DNA of 63,148 bases, filler included, from Chiloscyllium plagiosum (GCF_004010195.1; 6 parts of one record of this genome joined end to end with filler, not necessarily neighbours in it); one strand, 5' to 3'. Numbered from the whole stretch's first letter, positions 11,440-24,395 are shown. Notes: generated from the letters alone by a model not told the origin. Made by a program: numbers and translations.

Positions 11440-14400
11440 ACCGTGACGCTGCCCCATTCTTTAAGAAAGGCTGCACACCGACAGACTGCTGGGGTTGGCA
11501 TCATGGTAAGTTGTTGGAGAGGATTCTGAGGGCATTTCGACTGATTTGGGATAGTCAGCGTGGCTCTGTGCGTGGGAAACGGTGTCTCAGTAATTCGATG
11601 GAGGGGCAGGCTTGGTTTACACAGATTTCAGCAAGGCCATCGACAAGGTTCCCCATGGCAGGCTGCTTCGGAAGATTAGATCACATGGCATCCAGGGAGA
11701 GCTGGATACAAAATCAGCTCGAAGGTAGGAGACGGAGGGTGGTTTGACAGAGAGAGAGGGGCCTGGGACCAGTGGTCTGTCACAGGGATTGGTGCTGGGT
11801 CGTAATTTATAGAAACAATTTGGATGACAATATATACATCGACAGTGTTATTGAAGATTCCAAAGGAACATTGATCAGATGAGCCGAGGAATGCCAGATG
11901 GAGGTGAATTTAGATAAATGGGAGGTGCTGCACTTTGGAAAGGTGACCAGGGCAGGAGTTAGATAGTTAATGATCAGGCGCGGGGAATGATATTGAACAG
12001 AGAGATGTGGGGGTGCAGGTTCACAGTTTGTTCAAAGTGGTATCGTAGGTATCACGAGGAGGCCACATTTAGTCACCCTCCTATAGGAAGGATGTTGTTA
12101 AACTGAACAGGATGCAAAGGAGATTTACAAGGATGTTGCCAGGATTGTAGGATTTGAGCTATAGGGAGAGGTTGAACAGGCTGGGGCTGTTTCCCCTGGA
12201 GCATCAGAGGCTGAGGGGTGACCTTATCGAGGTTTAGAAAATCATGAGGGGCACAGATAGGGTCTTTGTCCCAGGGTCGGGGAGCCCAGAACTAGAGAGT
12301 ACAGATTTAGCGTGAGAGGGCAAGAATTTGGTAAACTCAGAGAAAGAGGAGACACATGGTGTACAGGGTGTTCTAGCGAGGTGGATAGAGAACTGGTTCA
12401 GCAACAGGAGACAGAGAGTAGTAGTTGAAGGGAGTTTCTCGAAATGGAGAAAGGTGACCAGTGGTGTTCCACAGGGGTCAGTGCTGGGGCCACTATTATA
12501 CAGTCATAGAGATGTACAGCACAGAAACAGACCCTCCGGTCCAACCCGTCCATGCCAACCAGATATCCCAACCCAATCTAGTCCCACTTGCCAGCACCCG
12601 GCCCATATGCCTCCAAGCCCTTCCTGTTCATATACCCATCCAAATGCCTTTGTTGTAACTGTACCAGCCTCCACCACTTACTCTGGCAGCTCATTCCATA
12701 CACGTCATCTGCAAACTTACTAACTGTACCTCTTAAGCTCACATCCAAATCAATTATATAAATGATGAAAAGTAGAGGACCCAGCACTGATCCTTGTGGC
12801 ACTCCACTGGTCACAGGCCTCCAGTCTGAAAAACAACCCTCCACCACCACCTTTGAGCCAGTTCTGTATCCAAATGGCTAGTTCTCCCTGTATTCCGTGA
12901 GATCTAACCTTGCTAATCAGTCTCCCATGGGGAACCTTGTCGAACGCCTTACTGAAGTCCATATAGATCACATCTACTGCTCTGCCCTCATCAATCTTCT
13001 TTGTTACTTCTTCAAAAAACTCAATCAAGTTTGTGAGACATGATTTCNNNNNNNNNNNNNNNNNNNNNNNNNNNNNNNNNNNNNNNNNNNNNNNNNNNNN
13101 NNNNNNNNNNNNNNNNNNNNNNNNNNNNNNNNNNNNNNNNNNNNNNNNNNNNNNNNNNNNNNNNNNNNNNNNNNNNNNNNNNNNNNNNNNNNNNNNNNNN
13201 NNNNNNNNNNNNNNNNNNNNNNNNNNNNNNNNNNNNNNNNNNNNNNNNNNNNNNNNNNNNNNNNNNNNNNNNNNNNNNNNNNNNNNNNNNNNNNNNNNNN
13301 NNNNNNNNNNNNNNNNNNNNNNNNNNNNNNNNNNNNNNNNNNNNNNNNNNNNNNNNNNNNNNNNNNNNNNNNNNNNNNNNNNNNNNNNNNNNNNNNNNNN
13401 NNNNNNNNNNNNNNNNNNNNNNNNNNNNNNNNNNNNNNNNNNNNNNNNNNNNNNNNNNNNNNNNNNNNNNNNNNNNNNNNNNNNNNNNNNNNNNNNNNNN
13501 NNNNNNNNNNNNNNNNNNNNNNNNNNNNNNNNNNNNNNNNNNNNNNNNNNNNNNNNNNNNNNNNNNNNNNNNNNNNNNNNNNNNNNNNNNNNNNNNNNNN
13601 NNNNNNNNNNNNNNNNNNNNNNNNNNNNNNNNNNNNNNNNNNNNNNNNNNNNNNNNNNNNNNNNNNNNNNNNNNNNNNNNNNNNNNNNNNNNNNNNNNNN
13701 NNNNNNNNNNNNNNNNNNNNNNNNNNNNNNNNNNNNNNNNNNNNNNNNNNNNNNNNNNNNNNNNNNNNNNNNNNNNNNNNNNNNNNNNNNNNNNNNNNNN
13801 NNNNNNNNNNNNNNNNNNNNNNNNNNNNNNNNNNNNNNNNNNNNNNNNNNNNNNTCGGCCGCATTTAGAATACTGTGTATAGTTCTGGTCGCCACATTAC
13901 CAAAAGGATGTGGACGCTTTGGAGAGGGTGCAGAGAAGGTTTACGAGGATGTTGCCTGGTATGGAAGGTGCTAGCTATGAAGAGAGGTTGAGTAGGTTAG
14001 GATTGTTTTCATTAGAAAAAAAGAGATTGAGGGGAGAACCTGACTTGGGTTTACAAAATCATGAAGGGTATAGACAGGGTGGTTGGAGACAAGCTTTTTC
14101 CCAGGGTGAAGGATTCAATAACGAGAGGTCACGCTTTCAAGGTGAGGGGTGGGAAGTTTAAGGGGGATATATGCAGTAAGTACTTCACACAGAGGGTGGT
14201 GGGTGTCTGGAACGCGTTGCTAGCAGAGGTGGTAGAGGCAGGCATGGTTGATTCATTTAAGATGCGTCTGGTCAGATGTGTAAGTAGGTGGGGAGCAGAG
14301 GGATACAGATCCTTAGGAATTGACCGACAGGTTTAGACGGTGGATTTGGATCAGCTCAGGCTTGGAGGGCCGAAGGGCCTGTTCCTGGGCTGTACATTGT

Positions 14401-15030
14401 CTTTGTTCTTTATTTAAAAGGGACCTGAGGGGCAATTCTTTCACAGAGGGTAGTGTGTGTATGGAATGAGCTGCCAGAGCAAGTAGTAGAGGCGAGTACA
14501 GTTACAACGTTTAAAAGACATTTAGACAGGTACATGAATAGGAAAGGGTTAGAGGGATATGGGCCAAATGGAGGCAAATGGGACTGGCTCAGTTTAGGAA
14601 ACCACTCAGCCCGGATGAGTTGGGCCAAAGGGTCTGTTTCTGTGCTGTATGATTCTACTGATGTCCCTCAATTTTGTGGATCTCTGAGGTTCCCTCAATC
14701 TTCACAACTCCAAGAAAAATAACCCCAGCATATCCAATCTTTCCTCATGGCTCAGACCCTCCATCCCAGGGAACATTCTGATAAATCTCTTCTGCAACCC
14801 CTCCAGTGCCAACACACCCTTCCGATAATCCGGTGACCAGATCTGCACACAGTCCCCCAGCTGTGGCCTCACCAGTGGTTTCCTGCTCCTCAGATGCTGC
14901 CTGACCTGCTGTGCTTTTCCAGCACCACACTCTCCACTCGAACCTCCAGCATCTGCAGTCCTCACTTTCTCCCAGTGTTTTATACAGTTCTAGCACAGCC
15001 TCCCTGCTCTTATACTCTGTCCTCAATAAT
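11440..15030. mobile_element. Cluster of CR1 RT and 3' fragments in both orientations
   Basis: [30 protein letters not shown] and [14 protein letters not shown] motifs in several ORFs. Confidence 0.85.
14880..14972 (+). mobile_element. Partial arm and tail of the same Penelope-derived family
   Basis: tcctgctcctcagatgctgcctgacctgctgtgcttttccagc...catctgcagtcctcactttctcc, inserted in a CR1 remnant. Confidence 0.7.
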
Positions 15031-15032
15031 TA

Positions 15033-15245
15033 AGTTAAAAATCACACAACACCAGGTTTTAGTCCAACAGGTTTATTTGGAAGCAGTAGCTTTCAGAGCG
15101 TTGCTCCTTCACCAGGTGGTTGTGAGAGAAGCAGTGCTCCGAAAGCTAGTGCTTCCAAATAAACCTGCTGCACTAAAGCCCGGTGTTGTGATTTTTAACT
15201 TTGTTCACTCAGTCCAACACTGGTACCTCCTCATCATGGTTACCT
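15033..15245. mobile_element. Second family of palindromic element with degenerate hammerhead cores
   Basis: Inverted arms agttaaaaatcacacaacacc... / ...ggtgttgtgatttttaact (ends 15200) plus a ~40-nt tail; cores of the type CUG(G)UGA-AGGAGC-aac-GCUCU-GAAA-GC-UA. Confidence 0.7.
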
Positions 15246-15579
15246 TCAATAATAAAGGCAAGGATCCCATATATTTTGTTAACTAACTCAGCTACCTACC
15301 CTGTTACCTTCAGAGATCTGTGGGTAAGCAGACCGAGGTCCCTCTGATCTTCAGTACTTTCTGGGGACTGATCATTCCCAGTGTAACCCCTTGCCTTGTT
15401 AGCCCTCCCCCACATTTCCAGCATGAATTTCCTGTGTGATTGCTCTGCCTGACTGGCCCAGGCTGGTGATAAACAGCAGGATGGCTCACCCCTAACTATT
15501 CCCATGTAATCCAAGAACCTCATGATCATGTCCTAGCCTCTTCTTTTTGTCCAAATCTGTAATGTACACCACATAGAAA

Positions 15580-15705
15580 CTGAAAGAACTGCAAATGCTG
15601 TAAATCAGAAACAGAAATTGTTGGAAAAGCTCAGCAGGTCTGGCGGCATCTGTGAAGAGAAACCAAAAGTGAACGTTTCAGGTGGAGTGACCCTTCCTCA
15701 GAACC
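15580..15705 (-). mobile_element. Penelope-type terminal fragment with hammerhead-like core
   Basis: Minus strand ctgaggaagggtcactccacctgaaacgttc...gatgccgccagacctgctgagcttttcc. Related fragments at ~1150-1230, ~33235-33360 and ~39120-39215. Confidence 0.55.
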
Positions 15706-15900
15706 ACAACCTGTAAGGAATCTAATACCAAGCCCTATGGAACCATGTTACAAACAGGTACAAAAACAGGAGAGCTGGTCAGAAGTCCCAAGGAAATTCA
15801 TGAAATTCAAAAGTCACAAATCCCTGGGACTTGACACTTTCCATCCAAGGGTGTTAAAGGAATTAGGGAGCACATCAAGATTCAGTGATGGAGAGAGACT

Positions 15901-17581
15901 AGCATTAGGCATAAGCTGACTGTGTCAGACAGGGAGGATGTCTGTAGCTGTCAGGAAAGAAGCTAATTTGTCCAGGGTCATTGATAATACAGAACGTGAA
16001 TACAGCAGGAGAGAGGGCCATATTGTCCTAATGTCTGGTCTGACATTTTTCACAACAAATGCAACAATGCCAGCCTGCAGTCAATCACAGCAACCTACAC
16101 TACAGGGGCAAAGGACTGCTGCTTTAACATGCTCATCATTTATTGAGGCATTGGGAAAGGGAGCACTCCCCAGCTCAAAACAAGGATCAAAGGTTTCAAC
16201 GTTCTATGTACAGACTAAATAGATGGGGCGGGGTGGGGGGTCCTTAGAGCAGAGAAGATAGAGGAGGAATCTAATGGAGGTGAAATGAGGGAGACTAATA
16301 GGCTAGATCATGAGGGAGACTAATAGGCTAGATCAGGAGGGAGGGAGACCGACAGGGAGAAACCTTCCCCTTAATACATGCATCAATCATCAAAGGGCAG
16401 AGATGCAGGGTAAAGAGCAGCAGGTTTACAGAGGATTTAAACAATTTTGTTTACACTAAGAGGGTGGTGAGAATCTGGAATGCATTGTCTGAAAGGATGG
16501 AAGAAGTGGAAACTGTCACAGCATTCAGGGAGTATTTAGATGAATGCCATTCAAGGCTATTGGCCAAGTACTGGAACATGGGATTAGAGTGACTCGAAAT
16601 TGGATGACCAGTATGGGCATGATGGATCGAAGGGCCTCTCTCCATGCTTTAAAACTCTGTCAGTGTGTGCTCTAAGCTGGACACTGAATGTTCCACATTG
16701 TACCTGGCCATTACACGAGAGACAGCATGTGCTTTGTTTCACCTTCGTATTCAATTTCCTTAAGAATCTCAGTAAATATTATGTGGGCACTCACCTGGGA
16801 AGTCGGAGAGCTGCAGAACTCCCGCGTGCCACTGTTACCGACAACAGGAGATTCACTTGAATTGTCCTGGAAAGACACAGCAAAGGATACAACGTCATCA
16901 AAGCGTCCAAGAAGCAGGCACTCCACACAAACACCCACACATGCACACCCCCCCCCCCCCCCCCCCCACATGCACACACACCCACACCCACCCATATACA
17001 CATACACACCCACACACTGCAACACAGCATTCTTTGACAGAACTTGGAGAAAGGAGAAAGGCAATATTGTCTAAAATAGGGTTCACATTTGACACAGATA
17101 AACACAGAAATGGTCAATATGCTTTCAAAGCTCCATGCACAGGCAGCCACATTTGACAGTGCCAATTTGGTGATAGCACTGATCTGACCCAAACAAAGGC
17201 AGCACTCAGCAGTAAAGTACTCCTGCAAAAAGGTGGTCAGGAAGATTGAAGACAGAAAACAAGAATGGGGTGGCAGCATTAGGCATAAGCTGACTGTGTC
17301 AGACAGGGAGGATGTCTGTAGCTGTCAGGAAAGAAGCTAATTTGTACAGGGTCATTGACAATACAGAACGTGAATACAGCAGGAGAGGGGGCCATATTGT
17401 CCTAATATTTGGTGTCTCATTTTTCACAACAAATGCAATGACGCCAGCCTGCAGTCAATCACAGCAACCTACACTACAGGGGCAAAGGGTGCTGCTTTAA
17501 CACGATCATTTATTGTGGCATTGGGAAAGGGAGCACTTCCCCAGCTCCCAGGTACTGAAAACAAGGCTCCAAGGTTTCAAC
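15901..17581 (+). repeat. ~300-bp direct duplication (15901-16200 and 17275-17581)
   Basis: Both copies run agcattaggcataagctgactgtgtc...aaggtttcaac with scattered substitutions and small indels. Confidence 0.9.
16795..16866 (-). CDS. SCRIB: Probable Scribble-like C-terminal-region exon (DNSSESPVVGNSGTREFCSSPTSQ)
   Basis: Strong acceptor tcctttgctgtgtctttccag and donor gtgagt; 72 nt, frame-preserving, Ser/Pro-rich like the Scribble tail. Assigned by position rather than clear homology. Confidence 0.55.
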
Positions 17582-20300
17582 ATCGGGAGGAGGGAATGGT
17601 AAAGTGAAGGGGATAAAATTACCTACAGCAGTGTCGAGAAAATGTGTTGAGCAGGGCTGTTGCCTGACAAACACATTTAAAAGGTGACTGGGCTAAGACA
17701 CAGGTTGAGGTCTCGATTATTGACCAAGCTAACTAGCCATGGGTCTTGGGGATGTGACCGGCAGAACGGAGCCAAGTTCCATTGGCCATCTGTAACCATC
17801 CTCAAGCAGATGAAGGGCAGCCATGATACAACTGAGCGTCCATTTTAGACAATAGTTAAAATCACCCACATTGCTGTGGGTCTGGATTCACGCTGAGGCC
17901 AGACGAGGTCAGGACAGCAGATTTCCTTCCTGAGAGGACATTAGTGAAATACAACAATTCACTATGTTCAGGATCACTAGTGAGATGGGCTTTCTTTCCC
18001 TAATATATTGGTTAATTGTATTTAAATCCCCCAGCTGCCATGTTCCACATTAGTTCAGAGTCCGAGTAATATTAATATTATCCAACAACCTGGTCAGATT
18101 TGGGTTTTGTGTCATACACATTAAAGAAGCTTTTGATGGATAGCTGGTCATCTAAGAGTTGTCACCAGCTGAACAGGGCACAGTAATGAGTCTATATTGG
18201 CACCGATGATGATTTACACTGATGTATAGCTCTGTATCATCAATGCAACCATCACGTCTGTGCTCGCTGACCTATAGTGGCCCATGGATCAACAACTTTT
18301 AAATCCCTCTGTCACTTCACTCCAATGCTGAGGTCTGTAACAGCCTACGGCCCTCTAATCCTGCAAGTTATGTGCATCCTTCCAATCCTGACCTCTTCAG
18401 CATTTAACTGCTAAACAACTAGAGGCTGTCTTTGATTACCGGGACCCTAACTCTGGGGAGAATCCCCTCCCTAAACCTCCTTGCTTCTTTTCCTCCTTTC
18501 AGATGTTTAGTCTTAATGTAAAATAAGGGGGCACCAATTTAAGACAGAGATGAGGAAACATGTTTTCTCTGAGGGTTGAGCATTTGGAATGCTGTTCTTC
18601 AAAAAGTGATGAATGGAGAATCTTTAAATATTTTTAAGGTAGCGAGTTGGACTGAAGAGTTTGTGGCTGTGCTGTATAATTCTCTGACTCAGAGGTAGAT
18701 AGATTCTTGATGACCAAGGGGAGTTTGAAAGATGATCAGGTATATGCAGGAATGTTGAGTTGAGGGTGAAATTGGCTCAGCCATGATCTTACTGAATCAC
18801 AAAGCAGGCTCATTGGGGCCAAACTGCCTACACATGTTCCTTGTTCACTGGATCAAATCCTTCTTAAAACTTCATTTCCCATGGATTTGATCATCGATGG
18901 AAATACCAGTGTCATATGAGTGGCTTACTTGGAACTCTCTAATAAAGCAATATATCATTTTTTCATGTGCTTGGAGCCTCTGTACATAAATTATGAAGAT
19001 GTACAAATATGAGTATCTGTGTACATGTAAATGTATGCTCTGGCGACCACTGTCATGGAGCCTAATAACCGACAGGGCCTGCAATTTGAGTGTATGGTTA
19101 GAGTGTTCACTGTGGACCCCTCTCAGTGATTATCTGGACAGAGTATTATGTGAACCCTAACTCCATCAACTACACCTGGTGTTGTCACGTTCCACACAGT
19201 GTAAAAAAAAATGCTTCCAAAATTTTTCACTCAATCCGTTAGCGACTACCACACGTTGATGATTCGTGCTCTGGGCTCAGCCACTAGTGGAAACTCTCAA
19301 CCCATCAAACATGGACATGCTTTTTTAAATCTCTGCAAATTTCAAACTGCTTCATCATCTTCCATATTTGCATCCCCTCAGCTGTTAACATATTGCTCAA
19401 TCTTCAATATCCTTCACATATTGTGGCTTCCAGAAATTTCCACAGTATTCTGTGCATGTTCTCCCAGGTTCTACATCAATATAACTAACTCATTGTTTCT
19501 GTATTTTATTTCTTTCAATTTAAACTCAGTGATCTGACTGTGCTAATTGTGATTAATTGCTTTGATTCATCTCCCTACAGTCCCAGATGTCATTGCATGT
19601 CTAACTGAGGGAGTTCACCCTCAAGGAGAACAACTGGTTCTTTATCTCTTTCACTAGAATTAGTTACCAGGCAGACAGCTGTGTGGAACTGATGTTTCCT
19701 TGGTCGGTTTTGAAGCTTGTTGGTGTGGGTGGGGTGGTGTCTGCTCAATGACAGAGGCTGATGAGGCAGGTGTCGTCATGGTCACTCACTCAGTGCCCGA
19801 CACAAGGGGCTGGTGTCTGTTCCCGGAGCGGGGAGGGGACGGGGAGGAACAGGGGGTGGAGAGGGGGCGGGGAGGTAGGGAGGGGGATGTAGGGAGTGGG
19901 ATGGGCTGCGGGGAGGGGACAGAGGGGGGATGGGGAGCAGGAAGGGGGCGNNNNNNNNNNNNNNNNNNNNNNNNNNNNNNNNNNNNNACTGGAACTGGGA
20001 CCTATCATGCTGTTGTAGACGAGTGTTAAAATGGAGCCCCCAACATTGATGACCTTGGTGCAATACAGAATAAAGCACAAAACCCACATCACCCACTCCC
20101 CAACCGCACGCACAGACAGCCTTCCCCCCAACACACACACACACACACACACACACAGGAATCCTGTTGCAAACACACACACCACCTCACAGACAGGCAC
20201 ACTCCCCATCCCCGGGGGCAGGTGGATAAACTGAAGCGCCCCTTCCCCCACCCCCAGACCCCTGCTAATGGTCCCCATTGCAGTCGGTTAGTCAGTCAGG

Positions 20301-20747
20301 TCAGGTCAGCCACAAGAACAAAGCCACACCACATGCACAGTGTAATCTTGCTGAGGTCACAGGTGAGCGACACCATGCCATGCGCAGCTGGGGCCTTGCC
20401 TGGATGCTGGGGCGGGGGTTGCCCCTCGTGCCTCGTGGAGATGCTCCTCCTGCTGGGCACTCCCCGGCGTCCCCTCGGCCCTTCCTGTTTGCCACCACAA
20501 ACGGATTTTGGTGGAAGGGAATGGGCTGCAGGTCAACCAAAACCTCCTGCTCCTGGCTGGTTTCTGGCAGCAGCCTGCACCCACTGCTCTTTTCCATCAC
20601 TAGGTGCCCGTGGTTGGGTTCTGTAACATGCTGCTTATTACTGAGAGGCCCCAGGTCGCTGGCAGTGCCCGGTCTCCAAGAGGAGACCACTTCCTGCTCC
20701 ATTGGCTGACTGCTCTGAATCTCCATCGCTGCCAGTCCAGTAAACCC
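20301..20747 (-). CDS. Candidate alternative terminal exon (GFTGLAAMEIQ...LQPIPFHQNPFVVANRKGRG...LWLT*)
   Basis: A long pyrimidine tract (plus-strand 20765-20800 purine run) precedes an AG. A 148-codon open frame in unique sequence follows. No homology recognised. Confidence 0.35.
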   Translation of the reverse strand, partial: GFTGLAAMEIQSSQPMEQEVVSSWRPGTASDLGPLSNKQHVTEPNHGHLVMEKSSGCRLLPETSQEQEVLVDLQPIPFHQNPFVVANRKGRGDAGECPAGGASPRGTRGNPRPSIQARPQLRMAWCRSPVTSARLHCACGVALFLWLT

Positions 20748-20977
20748 CTTCACCGGGGATAAGTCAGAAAAACAGACAGAAAGACAGAAAGAAAGAAGGC
20801 ATTCAGATGACTGGAAGTGCGAGGGGGAGAAAGAGAGAGATCAATCGATCTTATTCAGAATTCAATTACTATAGGAGCTGTCAATCAGTTCAGGCAATGT
20901 GCTCAATTCCCTGAAGGTTAAAGGGCACAGGGCAGAACAAACTGCAATGCTCAATGCACCATTCATGACTCAGAACA

Positions 20978-22680
20978 ACAGATGGAGTTTAATTCAGATA
21001 AATGCGAGGTGCTGCATTTTGAAGAGGCAAATCAGGGCAGGACTTACCCACTTAATGGTAAGGTCCTGGGGAGTGTTGCTGAACAAAGAGACCTTGGAGT
21101 GCAGGTTCATAGCTCCTTGAAAGTGGAGTCACAGGTAGATAGGATAGTGAAGGTGGTGTTTGGTATGCTTTCTTTTATTGGTGAGAGTATTGAGTACAGG
21201 AGTTGGGAGGTCATGTTGCAGTTGTACAGGACATCGATTAAGCCACTGTTGAAATATTGCGTGCAATTCTGGTCTCCCAGCTATAGGAAGGATGTTGGGA
21301 AACTTGTAAATCTTTTCTGAACCCTTTCAAGGATGTTGCCAGGGTTGGGGGATCTGAGCTACAAGGAGAGACTGAACAGGCTGGGGCTGTTTTCCGTAGA
21401 TTGTCGGAGGCTGAGGGGTGACCTTATAGAGGTTTGTAAAATCATGAGGGGCGTGGATAGGGTAAATAGGCAAAGTCTTTTCCCTGGGGTCAGGGAGTCC
21501 AGAACAGGTGGGACTAGGTTGGGTTGGGATATCTGGTCGGCATGGACAGGTTGGACTGAAAGGTTTGTTTGTATAACTCTGACTCTAAATCAGAAAATGT
21601 CAGAAACCCCACACGGTTTCTGCTGGGATTGTGACTGTGACCGGGATCACACTGGGAGCCGGGATGGTGCCGGTGTTTTGTGAATGAGGGATGCCCTACT
21701 CCATCAGCAGGCAGTGGTGACCCCAAGCCAGGATCCAGTTGATGGCGACAGGGTGGTGCCTGGTGAAAGGAGCGGCATTGCTCTGTCAACCTGACTATAT
21801 CAGTTCACAATCACACACTCCCACCTTCCCACACTCGGCCCATAACCACAAATTTTATCACATCTCAAGTGTTCAATGTTTTATAAATTGTGAGGTTTCC
21901 CTTCTCAACTGCAGCCCAAGGCAGTACATTCCAGAGCCCCACCTACTCTGGGTGAAATAACCTTTCCTCAAATTCCCTCGAATCCTTCAGCCTGTCACAT
22001 TAAAATGCTGGGGGCGTTGTTGTTGACAAAGGGCAGCAGCTGCTTCCTGTCCAGCCTGTCTGTCCGTGCTTCCCTCAGCTCTCCACTCTCAGCACTGACT
22101 GCCCCCACTCTCTGCCGGAGACATCAGCACTGAGTGAACCAAGCTGCTTACTGCTGGCTGAGGACACTGACTAGCTTCATCCCTTGGTCTCAACATGCAG
22201 GCTGGCACACTGCCTTCCAGCTCCCCGAACAAAATCCAGGCCTGACACCAGCAAAACAGGAAACTGCAGGGGAATCCGCACGGACAAGGACAGGGAGGCA
22301 GAGCAACACAATGTGTGAGAGAGGGGAAAGAAAGAGTGGAGTGAAAACCGAAGGATGTTGGAGAAAGAGAGAGAGTTCAAGATTGAAGGAAAACTAGAGG
22401 GCATGGGCTAAAGGTGAGAGGGTAAAGGTTTAAAAGGGAACTGAGGGATAACTTTTTCACACAGAGGGTGGTGCGTGTATGGAATGAGCTGCCAAAGACA
22501 GTGGTGGAGGCTGGTACAATTACAGTATTTAAAAGGCATCTGGATGTGTATATGAATTGGAAGGGCTTGGAAGGATGTGGGCCAAGTGCTGGCAAATGGG
22601 ACTGGGTCAGATTAGGATATCTGATCGGCATGGACAGGTTAGACTGGAGGGTCTGTTTCTATGCTATACAGCTCTATGAC
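20978..22680 (+). mobile_element. CR1 3' fragments (20978-21585 and 22390-22680)
   Basis: MEFNSDKCEVLHF...QRDLGVQVH; FFTQRVVRVWNELP. Confidence 0.8.
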
Positions 22681-22815
22681 AGGAAGATTTAGTGTAAGAT
22701 AGTAAAGAAAGAGAAAGAGGAAAGCACTGGAAAAGACAAGGGGGATGGAGGAGGAGGAGAAGCAGGGGACGGAGTAGATCAGGTATACTGACTTGTGAAT
22801 CTAGAGGGACCGCAC

Positions 22816-22889
22816 CTGTGCCAGGCTGGAGATGTCCCAGGGACTGAGACAGTCATCAGGATATTCAGCAACAGCAGGGCAGAAACTTA
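22816..22889 (-). CDS. Candidate exon (xSFCPAVAEYPDDCLSPWDISSLAQ) inside the Scribble-like locus
   Basis: Acceptor ctcccctctctgcag, donor gtgcgg, open frame. No recognised homology, and the first bases (gtaagt context) could instead be a donor. Confidence 0.3.
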
Positions 22890-23489
22890 CTGCAGAGAGG
22901 GGAGTATACTGAAACCACATCTCAGGGAGGCTGACCATCAGCCCGCAACATAACCCCAGTAGAGCAGCAAGCTGCTCTGGTCACAAACCTCTCGCCCAAA
23001 GACAATGTACCAGCACAATCACAAACAAGAAATCTGTTGCTCATTGTCACCAGACACAGACCAGGTTCCTGTCCAGTTCCCAGCCCACGACAAAACTCAG
23101 CATATTCCCAGCACATCGCACATCTCTCTGACACCCACCCACACCACCAACCCCCCGGCTCCCTCACCAACCACACACACACAGTCTTACCAAATACCCG
23201 AGCTGCAGCTGTTTGGTCCTTGGCTAAACTCTGGCAGGTTTTGGTAGACGAGGGGCTCAGTCACATCCAACCAAGCAGACAGGACAACGCAGGGCTCTGT
23301 GGCAATGCTGCAGCTATCACCTCAATGACTTGAAACGAGCAGGTGCAGGCCTGAGCACTCCCTCCAACCACTGCCTGCCTCCACACCCCCTCCCCCAACC
23401 CCAAGACTGAAATAGGCTGCATTCTCCTCCTGTTACTGAGGAACTATTCCAACACTACATTCCTAATGCAAGATCAGGCTTTCATTCAA

Positions 23490-23810
23490 ACTGACCCTCC
23501 CCTCCCTGTAACCCCCACACGGACCCTCCCCTCCCTGTAATCCCAAACGGACCCTCCCCTCCCTGTAANNNNNNNNNNNNNNNNNNNNNNNNNNNNNNNN
23601 NNNNNNNNNNNNTTAATTAATTAANNNNNNNNNNNNNNNNNNNNNNNNNNNNNNNNNNNNNNNNNNNNCCCACACGGACCCTCCCCTCCCTGTAATCCCA
23701 AACGGACCCTCCCCTCCCTGTAATCCCACACGGACCCTCCCCTCCCTGTAACCCCAAACTGACCCTCCCCTCCCTGTAATCCCAAACAGACCCTCCCCTC
23801 CCTGTAATCC
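23490..23810. repeat. 28-bp minisatellite spanning an assembly join
   Basis: Unit gaccctcccctccctgtaatcccaaacg, same orientation on both sides of the gap. Confidence 0.9.
23569..23668. other. Artificial contig linker N44-TTAATTAATTAA-N44 (also at 32096-32195, 41779-41878, 51548-51647, 58528-58627)
   Basis: Five identical 100-nt spacers with a six-frame stop cassette. Confidence 0.95.
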
Positions 23811-24395
23811 TGCAGTGAGTGTACAATGTAGAAGCTGGACACTGCTCTGAAACCGGTGTGTGCGTGCGTGTTGATGTGTGTGAGAGGAGTGAGTGTGTAC
23901 CAATCTGACTGGGTGTGTGCCTGTGCCTGACCCCCATGTGGTAAGGCAGCACTTTACTGGCTGTACATGGGGATGTAAAGGGATACCTTGAGGTCTCTGC
24001 TCCTAACTCTGCCATTTCAGTTAGTCTTCAATAACAGGAAAATCTACTCAAACCTGGTGCAGCATCTTTCTAAAGGAGGTGTGAAGGCCAATACATTGTT
24101 AATGCATCAGCCACAGTGACACTATCAGCGCTCTCAGTCCAGTATTATCAATCTCCCAGGGATGACTGCTCTGATTACACACTTTTACCAGAATTGACAT
24201 TGAACCTGGAGTCGAGGGTGTAGACAGGAGATGGTAATTTGCAATGGGAGATGCTGACTGTCCCTTTTACATTGAGCCCCATTGGGTCGGTGGGTTCAGG
24301 GAACAACAGCATTACTATCAGCCTCTCAGCTGCTGGCTGGGAGAACACAGAGTCCCTGACATCACACACCATGCTGGGCAAACACTATTACCTAC

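Noticed and set aside
9125..13974. Long ORFs containing X runs
   Set aside because: They only read through N gaps.
15901..17581. LTR retrotransposon (TRIM) interpretation of the direct repeat
   Set aside because: No TG/CA termini, primer-binding site or TSD seen; the interior holds a CR1 remnant and a probable host exon.
21710..22241. Possible small minus-strand exons (APPCRHQLDPG..., AWILFGELEG...)
   Set aside because: Only modest splice signals and no recognisable homology.
24054..24069. 16-nt microexon KDAAP that would phase-link 24396 to 22889
   Set aside because: Weak donor (gtttga), no homology, and an assembly join lies between it and the next candidate exon.
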